Source: an uncultured Enterobacterales bacterium | Lineage (GTDB): Bacteria > Myxococcota_A > UBA796 > CAJQPC01 | Reading direction: 5' to 3' | DNA: 64,000 nucleotides | Assembly (NCBI GenBank): GCA_964604165.1 | Contig: CAZRYF010000001.1 | Coordinates: 55,481 to 119,480, forward strand | Shown here: positions 8,096 to 16,230 of the stretch, piece after piece | Numbering within the stretch: the first letter of the stretch is position 1 | Layout: every line of letters starts with the position of its first letter | Position numbers and translations under genes: made by a program | The notes under the pieces: generated by a model | What the model was told of the DNA's origin: nothing | The model's database searches: none | Seen by the model: only the letters and a program-made list of their open reading frames with translations

Positions 8096-9268
8096 CTACC
8101 ACCGCTCCCACCACTGCCTGACATAGACAAGTCCCACGACCATGTGTCCGCCCTGTGCAAGGAGGAGGCCGTTGTTGTGGGGTGCGGCGGAGGTGTGGGT
8201 GTTGTGGATTGCGACCTGCAGTTCGACATAGTGGCCTTGGAAGTCCTCCAGGAGGCCTTCGGGCAGGGTGAAGCTTCCATCCGGTGTGACGAGGCAGCGA
8301 ACTGCGGTGTCGTCCTGGGTGGAGAGGAGACGAATGACGCCGTAGTCGGCCGAGCTGGCAGCGTAGCGAACCACAAAGTTGTCCACCCCGACGCGGGGGA
8401 CGGCTTGCTCGTAGACAGGCGGACTGATCACGGCCAGGCTGGCGGGCGTCTCAAAGGCCCCCGGGATCGCAAGAGGGGGTGCTGTGGCGCCTCCGGAGAA
8501 CTGGAGGTCATGCTCAACACCCGCGGTCCAGGCCCCGGTGCCCAGGAGGGAGTGGTAATGGTCGGTTCTGGACTCCCAGGAGACCGCTTCCGCTGATCCG
8601 TCGCGGCTCACCACCACCTCCGACCCGACCGATTGGCCGTTCATCTGGACCCAGGGCTCCTCATGGGTCCACCCGTCGTCTCGCACACAGGCGTCCATGC
8701 TCGTGCCCCAAAAGGGGGGCAGGTCCCGCGAGGTGGGCTCAAACCAGGCCATTCGGGCCGCGACACCGCTCTCTGCATCCTGCCAGTGGGAGGTGCGTGC
8801 CATGTCAATGAAGGTCCAACTCGCCAGCGCGGTCTGCAACCCGGTGGCGTCCTCCCAGTAGGTGAAGGGCGAGTCGGGCTGAAGGCTGTGAGCACTCCCA
8901 ACCAAGCGAATGTTGGCCTGCCCCGGGGCCCCGGAAGGAGGTGTCAGGACCTCCAGGCGCGTCGCCTCCAACGAGACGATCTCCGCGAGGGCCCCGCCGA
9001 TCCACACCTCCACCACCTGATCGAGTCCCTCCCCCTGGAAGAGGAGGCGTGTTCCGCCAAGGGTCGATCCGTGGAGGGGGGCGATGTCGTCCAGAGCAAA
9101 GGGCTCCTCGGCCGTGTCCCCTGAATCGCCCGAATCCTGCCAGCCGTGGAAGGAAGGAGAAGGGGCAATTGCCTGGTCTGGGCGCTCCTCGTCGACGGGA
9201 GTGGAGCCGATTTCCAGGACAGCAGAGGGTGCGCAGGCGGCGAGGAGGAGGACGGGAAGGAATCGCAT
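8096..9268 (-). CDS. Lipoprotein with an IPT/TIG domain
   Basis: Start at MRFLPVLLLAAC (lipobox LLAAC), with GGAG 7 nt upstream. IPT/TIG-like segment IAPLHGSTLGGTRLLFQGEGL...VWIGGALAEIVSLEATRLEVLTPP. Confidence 0.65.
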   Translation of the reverse strand: MRFLPVLLLAACAPSAVLEIGSTPVDEERPDQAIAPSPSFHGWQDSGDSGDTAEEPFALDDIAPLHGSTLGGTRLLFQGEGLDQVVEVWIGGALAEIVSLEATRLEVLTPPSGAPGQANIRLVGSAHSLQPDSPFTYWEDATGLQTALASWTFIDMARTSHWQDAESGVAARMAWFEPTSRDLPPFWGTSMDACVRDDGWTHEEPWVQMNGQSVGSEVVVSRDGSAEAVSWESRTDHYHSLLGTGAWTAGVEHDLQFSGGATAPPLAIPGAFETPASLAVISPPVYEQAVPRVGVDNFVVRYAASSADYGVIRLLSTQDDTAVRCLVTPDGSFTLPEGLLEDFQGHYVELQVAIHNTHTSAAPHNNGLLLAQGGHMVVGLVYVRQWWERW

Positions 9269-9308
9269 CGGCAGGCTCCAGGTTTGAAGGGCGGGTGAGT
9301 GGGGCTTA

Positions 9309-9324
9309 CGCAGGATTCGTGCCA
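9309..9324 (-). promoter_or_regulatory. Candidate sigma-54 (-24/-12) promoter for the 9268 lipoprotein operon
   Basis: Minus strand reads TGGCACGAATCCTGCG. GG-N10-GC spacing is correct. About 40 nt upstream of the ATG at 9268. The -12 element is CTGC rather than TTGC. Confidence 0.5.
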
Positions 9325-9433
9325 AGTGTGGGGTGACCATTGGATGCCGCAAGGCCCGCATTCTCCGCAGGCTTGTTTCAATTGGCGAAACGCGTGAAAC
9401 GCGGGATGAAATGCCCGTCGCCCCTTGTGGGAA

Positions 9434-10996
9434 CTACCGCGTGGCCTCCACCACATAGGTGGCGAGATCGGCAATCTCCTCGGCGGTCAGGGTCTCTTGA
9501 AAGGAGGGCATGACTCCGACGCCGTGGGTCACGGCCCTCTCGACCTGATCCTGGCTCGGCTTCAGGGTGTCCAGGTTGGGCCCCACGGCCCCCAAAGCCT
9601 CGGCCTCAGAGAGGGTGTGGCAGGAGCTGCAAGCAGGGGTGGACACCTCGGAAAAGACCGTGCGGCCCCGCTCTCCGGCTTCCGAGAGCTGGACCTCCTT
9701 TCTCGGGGGTGCGAGGACGGTCTCGGCCTGGCCCTCTTGTGGCCCGGGGCGCTGGGCGAGGGATGCCACCACCTCTAGTTCGAGGATCGCATCGCGCCAG
9801 GCGTTGTGGCTGTATCCACGCTCATTCTCTTGACGGGCCTCGGGTTGGACCTCTCCGGCCTTGTCTGTGGCCCGGGACACAATCGAGTGGCGGCCCGGCT
9901 GCAGGCTGGCGGAGAACTGAAAGGTGCGCCAGGCGTTGGAGCCCATGTCCGGGCCGACCCAGTCGGCCTTCTGCCAGCTCGTCCCCTGGTCCAGGGAGAC
10001 CTCCACCCGCTCGACGCCTCTCTCTCCTGAGAAGGCCACCCCGTGAAAGTGAACCTGTCCGGCCTGAACGGGCTCGCCGTCAGCCCCAGGGCCGTTGACC
10101 CAGGACTTGACCGGCATTCGCCACATGGAAGGTTGGGTGGGGTCACCCTTCTCACCGAGAGGCCGAATCCGGTATCCCCGCTGTTGGATCTTCGCGCCGG
10201 ATTGATGCTCGGTGAAAGCCAGCGTCTTGATGTACTTCACCTGGTTGCACCCAAAATACCCCGGCACCACCAGCCGCAGCGGACCCCCGTGGGTCAGGGG
10301 GATCGGCTGACCGTTCATCTCCCAGGCGAGCAGGCAGTCCTTGAGTCCCTTTTCCAGCGGGATCGAGCGCTCCACCACCACGGAGGCCGCGTCGACCCCT
10401 TCGGGGATCTCCTCTCCCCCTGTGGCGGTGACAAACCGGGCGCCCGGCGAGGCCCCCCCCAGGTGTGCAGCCACCTTGGAGAGCGCCACCCCTGTCCAAT
10501 TCACACAGCCAGCGGCCCCAAGGGACCAGGGTGACCCGGACGGGCTGTGGTCGAAGAAGCGCCGACCGTTTCCGGAACACTGAAGGACGGATGTGATCGT
10601 GTCTCGCCCCAGAGATGCGAGATCCGCAAGCGACAGGGTGCCGGCGGTGCCGGTGCCTTGCACCTGCAGGCGCCATCGCTCCGGGTGATCCACAATGGAG
10701 CGGTCTGGACGGGGGAGGTTGTTTCGAACGAACAACAGGCTCGCGGGGGTCAGCGAAGCGGACGCCAGCTTCGAGCGGCGTGTCTCCAGGGCCAGAGGGC
10801 GCTCATTGTGGACATGAAAGTCGGAGCGCTTCAGTCCATCCGGGAGAGGGGCCACAGCCCCGGTCCCCGGGGTGGGGTTGGGTTTCAACGGGGCCGCGGG
10901 CGGTGGCTTGAGACGGCAGGCGCCCAGAAGTGCAGCGCCGCTGCCCAGGGAGAGGGCCGTCAGAAACTGGCGCCGGCTCTTGGGTTTGGAAGGCAT
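9434..10996 (-). CDS. Sulfite dehydrogenase/oxidase family molybdoenzyme (SorA-like) fused to a C-terminal class I cytochrome c domain; Tat-exported
   Basis: Twin-arginine leader SRRQFLTAL. Moco-binding Cys motif VLQCSGNGRRFF. Dimerisation domain. Heme motif CSSCH at 9617-9631 with a distal Met candidate (GVMPSF). Confidence 0.8.
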   Translation of the reverse strand: MPSKPKSRRQFLTALSLGSGAALLGACRLKPPPAAPLKPNPTPGTGAVAPLPDGLKRSDFHVHNERPLALETRRSKLASASLTPASLLFVRNNLPRPDRSIVDHPERWRLQVQGTGTAGTLSLADLASLGRDTITSVLQCSGNGRRFFDHSPSGSPWSLGAAGCVNWTGVALSKVAAHLGGASPGARFVTATGGEEIPEGVDAASVVVERSIPLEKGLKDCLLAWEMNGQPIPLTHGGPLRLVVPGYFGCNQVKYIKTLAFTEHQSGAKIQQRGYRIRPLGEKGDPTQPSMWRMPVKSWVNGPGADGEPVQAGQVHFHGVAFSGERGVERVEVSLDQGTSWQKADWVGPDMGSNAWRTFQFSASLQPGRHSIVSRATDKAGEVQPEARQENERGYSHNAWRDAILELEVVASLAQRPGPQEGQAETVLAPPRKEVQLSEAGERGRTVFSEVSTPACSSCHTLSEAEALGAVGPNLDTLKPSQDQVERAVTHGVGVMPSFQETLTAEEIADLATYVVEATR

Positions 10997-11005
10997 GCGC
11001 GGCTC

Positions 11006-12034
11006 CTAAGCGCCCATCAATACCCGGGTCACCACGAAGCCGCCGCCTACCAGCCAGGCAAAGAGGGACAGGGCCAGGTAGATCGGGGCCATTCCCACGC
11101 CTTTGAACTTGCTTGCGTTGGTCTCGATGCCCAGGGCGGTCATGGCCATGGTGAGGAGAAAGGTGTCAAACACGTTGACCCCTTGCACCAGGGAATCGGG
11201 CAACAGAGCCAGACTGTTGAAGCCTGCCACCGCCACGAAACCCACGGCAAACCAGGGAATGACCACGGGGGGGCGCTTGCCTCCCTCGGTGGCGGCACCC
11301 CGGGACAGGGCCCAGCCGATCACGATCAGCGCAGGTGCAAGGAGCATGACCCGGGTCATCTTGACGATGACCGAGGTCTGGGCAGCCTGGGCTCCGACTG
11401 CTTCCCCCGCGCCCACCACATGGGCGACCTCGTGAACCGTGGCGCCGATGTAGATGCCAAAGACGTTCTCCGGCATGGGGATCCAGCCCATGCGGTAGAC
11501 GAACGGATAGGCGAACATCGCCAGGGTGCCAAAGAGAACAACGGTCCCCACGGCCACTGCCGTCTTGTGGGCTTCTGCCTTGACCACCGGCTCAGTGGCC
11601 ACCACGGCCGCCGCGCCGCAGATGGCGGCCCCAGCGGAGGTCATGATCGCGGTCTCCTTGTCCATTCTCAGCACCTTGATGCCGAGAAAGGTCCCCAGGG
11701 CCAGGGTGGTGGAGAGCATGATCACATCCACGATGAAGCCGTTCAGTCCCACGGCGGCGATCTGTGAAAACGTGATGCGAAAGCCGTAGAGGATGATGGC
11801 CAGGCGAAGAATGATCTTGGCGGCATAGAGGATGCCGGAGGACCAGTCCGTCGGGATTTTTTGCCTGGCGGTGTTGCCCAGCACCGCGCCAAGGAGAATG
11901 CCGATGATCAGCGGGCTGATGCGCAGGGAGAGCATCGCTGGCGAGCCTGCGAGCCAGGTGGCGGCGGCCGACAGGAGCGCCACCAGAGTGAGGCCTTCAA
12001 AGAACCCGGGCGATTGGTAGGGGAAGTACTTCAT
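11006..12034 (-). CDS. YeiH/UPF0324 family membrane protein (putative sulfate/sulfite exporter)
   Basis: Start at MKYFPYQSPGFFEGL, overlapping the upstream stop. Polytopic membrane protein with YeiH-like segments (ISPLIIGILLG, FGIYIGATVHEVAHVVGAG). Confidence 0.7.
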   Translation of the reverse strand: MKYFPYQSPGFFEGLTLVALLSAAATWLAGSPAMLSLRISPLIIGILLGAVLGNTARQKIPTDWSSGILYAAKIILRLAIILYGFRITFSQIAAVGLNGFIVDVIMLSTTLALGTFLGIKVLRMDKETAIMTSAGAAICGAAAVVATEPVVKAEAHKTAVAVGTVVLFGTLAMFAYPFVYRMGWIPMPENVFGIYIGATVHEVAHVVGAGEAVGAQAAQTSVIVKMTRVMLLAPALIVIGWALSRGAATEGGKRPPVVIPWFAVGFVAVAGFNSLALLPDSLVQGVNVFDTFLLTMAMTALGIETNASKFKGVGMAPIYLALSLFAWLVGGGFVVTRVLMGA

Positions 12035-12480
12035 GAGCCGAGCCCCCCGCCCGTCAATCTCTTGCTCAAGGCGGCGTTCAACACCTGATAGAGGAACATT
12101 CCAAGGAGCAGGGTGCCCACAAAGGTGACGGCGGCGCCGCTCCCGGTGATGCAGGACACAATCCCCGGACCGGGGCAGAATCCACCCAAGCCCCATCCCA
12201 CGCCAAACAGCCCGGCGCCGAACACCAGCCGCTTGTCGATGTTTGTGCGCGTGGGAATGGAGAAGGCGTCTTCGCACAAGGGGTTGTCCCGGCAGGTGAC
12301 CCATTTGAAGGTCCCCAGGTGGGCCCCGATGGCCCCGACCATGACAAAGGCCAGGGAGGGGTCCCAGGAGCCGGCAGCGTTGAGAAAGCCGATCACCTTG
12401 TTGGCGTCGGTCATTCCCGACACGCCGAGTCCGATGGCGAAGAGCGTTCCCGAGAGGAACGCCGCGGTGGATGACTTCAC
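12031..12480 (-). CDS. YeeE/YedE (DUF395) sulfur-compound transporter, second half-size subunit
   Basis: GTG start at 12480 in a GTGA overlap with the upstream stop. 4-TM protein with GGFCPGPG motif. Paired with the adjacent half-size YeeE/YedE gene. Confidence 0.7.
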   Translation of the reverse strand: MKSSTAAFLSGTLFAIGLGVSGMTDANKVIGFLNAAGSWDPSLAFVMVGAIGAHLGTFKWVTCRDNPLCEDAFSIPTRTNIDKRLVFGAGLFGVGWGLGGFCPGPGIVSCITGSGAAVTFVGTLLLGMFLYQVLNAALSKRLTGGGLGS

Positions 12481-12905
12481 AGGACACCTCCAGCGAAGAT
12501 CTGGATGCCCGTGGCGGTGGCGAAACCAGTGGCCATGAAGGTCAGTGTCGCCACCAGGGAACGAATGGAGAGGCGGGAAAGTCCGCAGACGCCGTGCCCG
12601 CTCGTGCAACCAGATCCCATTCGAACCCCAACGCCCACAAACAGACCCGCGAGGGCAACAGACGAAAGCCCGCGACTCGCTGGAGCGGAGATGGACTGGG
12701 GAAGGGCGAGCATGAGGGCGAGACCGCCTACCAGGAGCCCCCCCACAAAGGCGGCCCTCCAAGCCACCTCGCCAGAGGAGGGCGTGAGCAGACCGCCGAC
12801 GATGCCGCTGATGCCGGCGATTCGTCCCAGGGACAGCAGGAGAAAGGAGGCGGAGAGGCCAATGAGGGCACCCCCCAGGACCGCCAGGATGATGGATTGC
12901 AACAT
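12477..12905 (-). CDS. YeeE/YedE (DUF395) sulfur-compound transporter, first half-size subunit
   Basis: 142-aa 4-TM protein with the conserved Cys loop GSGCTSGHGVCG. Confidence 0.75.
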   Translation of the reverse strand: MLQSIILAVLGGALIGLSASFLLLSLGRIAGISGIVGGLLTPSSGEVAWRAAFVGGLLVGGLALMLALPQSISAPASRGLSSVALAGLFVGVGVRMGSGCTSGHGVCGLSRLSIRSLVATLTFMATGFATATGIQIFAGGVL

Positions 12906-12908
12906 AAT

Positions 12909-13634
12909 TCAGGCTCCGGCCACGGGGTTCTCGGGGAGGGACCTTCCACAGGCCATGTTGGCCGGTAGCGCTTCCTTGATCTTGTTTGGGTAGGCCAGGT
13001 TGAGGTTGTCCATGATCTCCACAAACTGCTTCTTGCTGTTGGCGAGCTTGAGTCGGGGATTGAAGGTCTTCTCCTCCCGGACGGTGGAAACCGCGTGGCC
13101 CTTGTAGTCATGGCCTGGGTAGACGAGGGTGTCATCCGGGAGGCTGTAGATTTCGTCGTGAACCGAGTCGTACAAGGTGGAAGCGCTCCCCTGTTGAAAG
13201 TCGGTCCGTCCGCAGCCTCGAACAAAAAGCGCATCCCCCGAAAACACGTAGGTGCCTCCGTTGTCTCGCACGACGACCGACATGCAGGAGCTGGTGTGGC
13301 CGGGGGTGTGACGGAGCTCCGCGGTGAGTGTGCCAAACAAGAGTACCTCCCTGTGTTCCGCTCTTCGGTCGGCGCAGTCGACGCCGGCTGCGCTGCTCAA
13401 GACAGACTGGGCCCCCAAACGCTCCCGCAGCACCCCCGATCCCGTGATGTGGTCCGCGTGGACATGGGTGTCAATGAGGTAGAGCAGTGTCAGCCCGAGC
13501 TCTCTCACCAGGCGGGAGTCTCGTTCTACCTGCTCCAACACCGGGTCGATCAAGATGGCCTCCTTCGTGGACGCGTCTGCGAGCAAGTAGGTGTAGGTGG
13601 AGGTTTCTTTGTCGAAGAGCTGACGGAAAATCAT
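12909..13634 (-). CDS. Persulfide dioxygenase (ETHE1-type metallo-beta-lactamase fold)
   Basis: Start at MIFRQLFDKETSTYTYLL (GGAG 6 nt upstream). MBL motif THVHADH. The ETHE1-like N-terminus F(R/K)QLFD..S.TYTYLL is typical of PDOs. Confidence 0.8.
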   Translation of the reverse strand: MIFRQLFDKETSTYTYLLADASTKEAILIDPVLEQVERDSRLVRELGLTLLYLIDTHVHADHITGSGVLRERLGAQSVLSSAAGVDCADRRAEHREVLLFGTLTAELRHTPGHTSSCMSVVVRDNGGTYVFSGDALFVRGCGRTDFQQGSASTLYDSVHDEIYSLPDDTLVYPGHDYKGHAVSTVREEKTFNPRLKLANSKKQFVEIMDNLNLAYPNKIKEALPANMACGRSLPENPVAGA

Positions 13635-13726
13635 GAAGGGCTCCGTTGGGGAAGGGTCACTGTCCTGTGGTGGTGAAGGTCCTGCACTCCAGGGGAGGCC
13701 AGGTGCCGACTTGCAGCCAGCCAATA

Positions 13727-13742
13727 AGCAATTGCCGTGCCA
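13727..13742 (-). promoter_or_regulatory. Sigma-54 promoter for the sulfur-oxidation operon
   Basis: Minus strand reads TGGCACGGCAATTGCT, a perfect TGGCAC-N5-TTGC. About 90 nt upstream of the PDO start codon. Confidence 0.75.
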
Positions 13743-13840
13743 ATTCCGAGAACCACACCGCAATTATCGTGATTATAGGGGGTTGGAGAGAAGGGATCGC
13801 CCCCTTGGCGTGGTCATGGTGTCCAGGTCGTGCATTCCTG

Positions 13841-13888
13841 TGTTTCAATCCAGCAATCCAGATAGACCAGGAATGAAACATTGAAACA
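13841..13888. promoter_or_regulatory. Candidate enhancer (UAS) between divergent sigma-54 promoters
   Basis: Inverted repeat TGTTTCAAT (13841-13849) / ATTGAAACA (13880-13888), plus a tandem TGAAACA at 13874-13880. AT-rich island about 100-150 nt from both -24 elements. Confidence 0.4.
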
Positions 13889-13999
13889 AGGTGAATGCGG
13901 GGGGTGGATGCATCCGGCGAGGCAAAACTGCGCCTGAATACAGTGGGTTGGGGCCGAAATGTCGGTGGTCTGGTGGCGGCCCAGGGGGTGGACGTGAAA

Positions 14000-14015
14000 T
14001 GGCACAACTGTTGCT
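14000..14015 (+). promoter_or_regulatory. Sigma-54 promoter for the 14043 lipoprotein gene
   Basis: TGGCACAACTGTTGCT, a perfect TGGCAC-N5-TTGC. 28 nt upstream of the start codon, followed by AAGGAG SD and the ATG at 14043. Confidence 0.75.
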
Positions 14016-14042
14016 AATGGGTGTATCGCAAAGGAGATCTGC

Positions 14043-15725
14043 ATGCCTTTTCCCTCCATTCGGTCATCCGCTCTTCTCACGGGGTTTTGCCTGGCCCCTG
14101 TCGCCTGCGGGAGCGAGGAGAGCCCCTCCCTCCCGGAGGCTTCCTACCTGGAGGTCACCGCGCCGCTTCCCGGCGCGGTGATCCAGACACCAACGGTTGG
14201 GTTGGGGGGCCTACTTGAGGGTCTCATGTCCCTGACGCTCGCAGGCGAGTCGACCCACGCAAAGCCGGAGGCAGGGGCGTTCAGGTTCTCAGTGCCTGTA
14301 GCGCCCGGCATTCGCACGTTCAGGGTGGAAGGGCGCGGTCAAGATGGAACACCCCACTTGGATGTTCGCTCCGTTCTTGCCGGTGAATTTGAACATGCAG
14401 ACCGCGTGGTAGAGGAAGCAGCGGGTGTTTTCCTGGGGCGAGACGGTTTGCAGAGCGTGGGAGAGGCCCTGGTGGAGGAGCTGACCCCGTCCCACTTGTC
14501 TGACCTCCTGCGGGACGAGAACCCCCTCTTCCGGGAATTCGTCCAGGTAGAGGGGTGGGGGGTCGATTTGGCTTTGGCGGTGGAAGCGGTGGACTTCTCC
14601 GACGCTCGGGCGTGGGTGCAGCCCCGGGAAGGAACCCTGGAGGTCTCACTGGATCTGTCGTTCCTTTCGGCCCAGGTGCAGATCCAGGGGGGGATCTTCG
14701 GCTGGATTGAGCATGACATGAACGGGGTGCTCACGGCGGATCGGCTCCAAATCCAGGTCTCGGTGTCGCCCCTGGCCTCCGGGGGTGGCATTGCCCTCGT
14801 GTCCCAGGGAGGGGAGGTCTCCCTGGAAGGGTTTGGTTTTGACATGGAAGGGGTACCCGATTTCCTTGAGGATCTTCTGGCGGCAGGGGGGGGGCTGCGG
14901 AAGGAGCTGGAGGAGGAGATGTATGCTCAGATTCAGTCCACCTTGTTGCCTCGACTCGAGGCACATCTTGGAGAGCTTGAGTTCGCCCGGGAGGTGCCCG
15001 TTCTGGGTACAGAACTGGAAGTGGACGTGGCCATTGGGCGGGTGGAGGTAAGCCGTGACGGACTTACCCTCGTGACCGAAATCAGCGTTCGCGGGCAACA
15101 TGGCGAGAGTTTGGGTCCGGGCTCTCTTGCGGGACCCTCCCCCACGCTGCAAGGAGCGGGTTCAGACCAGGGGGAGCTGCTCCTGTCCGACAACTTCCTG
15201 AACCTCGGCCTCTACCAGCTCTGGCAAGCGGGGGCGCTGGACACCAGCTTCTCCACGAGCGAGGGCACACTGGACCCACTTCTGCCCCTGTTCTTTGACA
15301 CCCGGGAGGCAGCGATTCGACTGGTGGAGCGTCTTCCTCCTGTGGTGGTGGAGCGAGACGGAGAGCTGACCCTTTCCTTTGGAGAGCTGGAAATGGAGCT
15401 GCTGACCCCGGGGGCCCCCTTGGGGGAGAGAGCCCTGGTGATCTTGCAGGGGGAGGGCGCAGTGGAGGTTGCCCTGGCGGACGGCACGCTCACACTCTCC
15501 GCAGCCGAGCCAGAGGTGACCGTCTTTGTGCGGGAAAGTGACTGGGGCCTGTCCGCAGCGGAGGCCACCGCGGCCGTGAAGGAGGTGCTTCCCATGGACC
15601 TGCTGGTGGAACGGTTTCGGACCCTGCAGATTCCGGTGCCAACGCTGCCGGTGTTGGAGGGGCGTGCGCTCACCCTTGTCCGCGGCGAAGGCGGCCACCA
15701 GAGCGCGGTGGTGTTCGGAAACTGA
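14043..15725 (+). CDS. Lipoprotein of unknown function (sigma-54-dependent)
   Basis: 560-aa ORF. Signal peptide with lipobox LAPVAC. Strong SD. No recognised catalytic motif. Confidence 0.7.
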   Translation: MPFPSIRSSALLTGFCLAPVACGSEESPSLPEASYLEVTAPLPGAVIQTPTVGLGGLLEGLMSLTLAGESTHAKPEAGAFRFSVPVAPGIRTFRVEGRGQDGTPHLDVRSVLAGEFEHADRVVEEAAGVFLGRDGLQSVGEALVEELTPSHLSDLLRDENPLFREFVQVEGWGVDLALAVEAVDFSDARAWVQPREGTLEVSLDLSFLSAQVQIQGGIFGWIEHDMNGVLTADRLQIQVSVSPLASGGGIALVSQGGEVSLEGFGFDMEGVPDFLEDLLAAGGGLRKELEEEMYAQIQSTLLPRLEAHLGELEFAREVPVLGTELEVDVAIGRVEVSRDGLTLVTEISVRGQHGESLGPGSLAGPSPTLQGAGSDQGELLLSDNFLNLGLYQLWQAGALDTSFSTSEGTLDPLLPLFFDTREAAIRLVERLPPVVVERDGELTLSFGELEMELLTPGAPLGERALVILQGEGAVEVALADGTLTLSAAEPEVTVFVRESDWGLSAAEATAAVKEVLPMDLLVERFRTLQIPVPTLPVLEGRALTLVRGEGGHQSAVVFGN

Positions 15726-15747
15726 CGTTCGCTTGCCGCGTCGGCCC

Positions 15748-16230
15748 TCAGCGAGCCATCTCGTAGCCGGCAGCCTCCCACTGGAGGTAGCCGTCCGGCA
15801 GATCGTGGACGTTGCAGAAGCCGGCGCTGACCAAATCGGAGGCGGCGATATCACTCATGGGGCCCGTCTTGCAGTAAAGCACCACCTTGGTGCCCAGGTC
15901 TCCAATGGCCGCCTTGAGGTTCTCGGTCTGGAGGTAGGAGATGTGGTCGTCCGTACCCGCGATGTCAGGCCCATGGGGGACATGAACGTTGATCAGGAGA
16001 AAGTCGGTCTCCCCGGCCTCTTCCTGGGCGAGGAGCTCGTCCAGCTCCGCGAGACCAAGGACATTGACCTGGGCATCGACCTCTGCGCAGTCGATCACCT
16101 CGGGGCCCTCCGTCGTGGGCTCACCGGTTTCGCTGTTCCCGGAGTCCACTGTGTCGCTGTCGCCGACACAGGACACGAGGAACACAAGCACAAGGGGCAG
16201 GGAGGTCTTGGACATGGTGGTTTCCTTCAT
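15748..16230 (-). CDS. Exported rhodanese-domain lipoprotein (sulfurtransferase)
   Basis: Lipobox FLVSC. Acidic linker. Rhodanese active-site loop YCKTGPMS. The start at 16230 forms an ATGA overlap with the upstream stop. An alternative ATG at 16215 has an AAGGAAA SD. Confidence 0.7.
   Translation of the reverse strand: MKETTMSKTSLPLVLVFLVSCVGDSDTVDSGNSETGEPTTEGPEVIDCAEVDAQVNVLGLAELDELLAQEEAGETDFLLINVHVPHGPDIAGTDDHISYLQTENLKAAIGDLGTKVVLYCKTGPMSDIAASDLVSAGFCNVHDLPDGYLQWEAAGYEMAR

Noticed and set aside
10547-11767. 406-aa plus-strand ORF opposite the sulfite dehydrogenase and YeiH genes.
   Set aside because: Antisense shadow frame. It is Gly/His/Arg-rich with no motifs.
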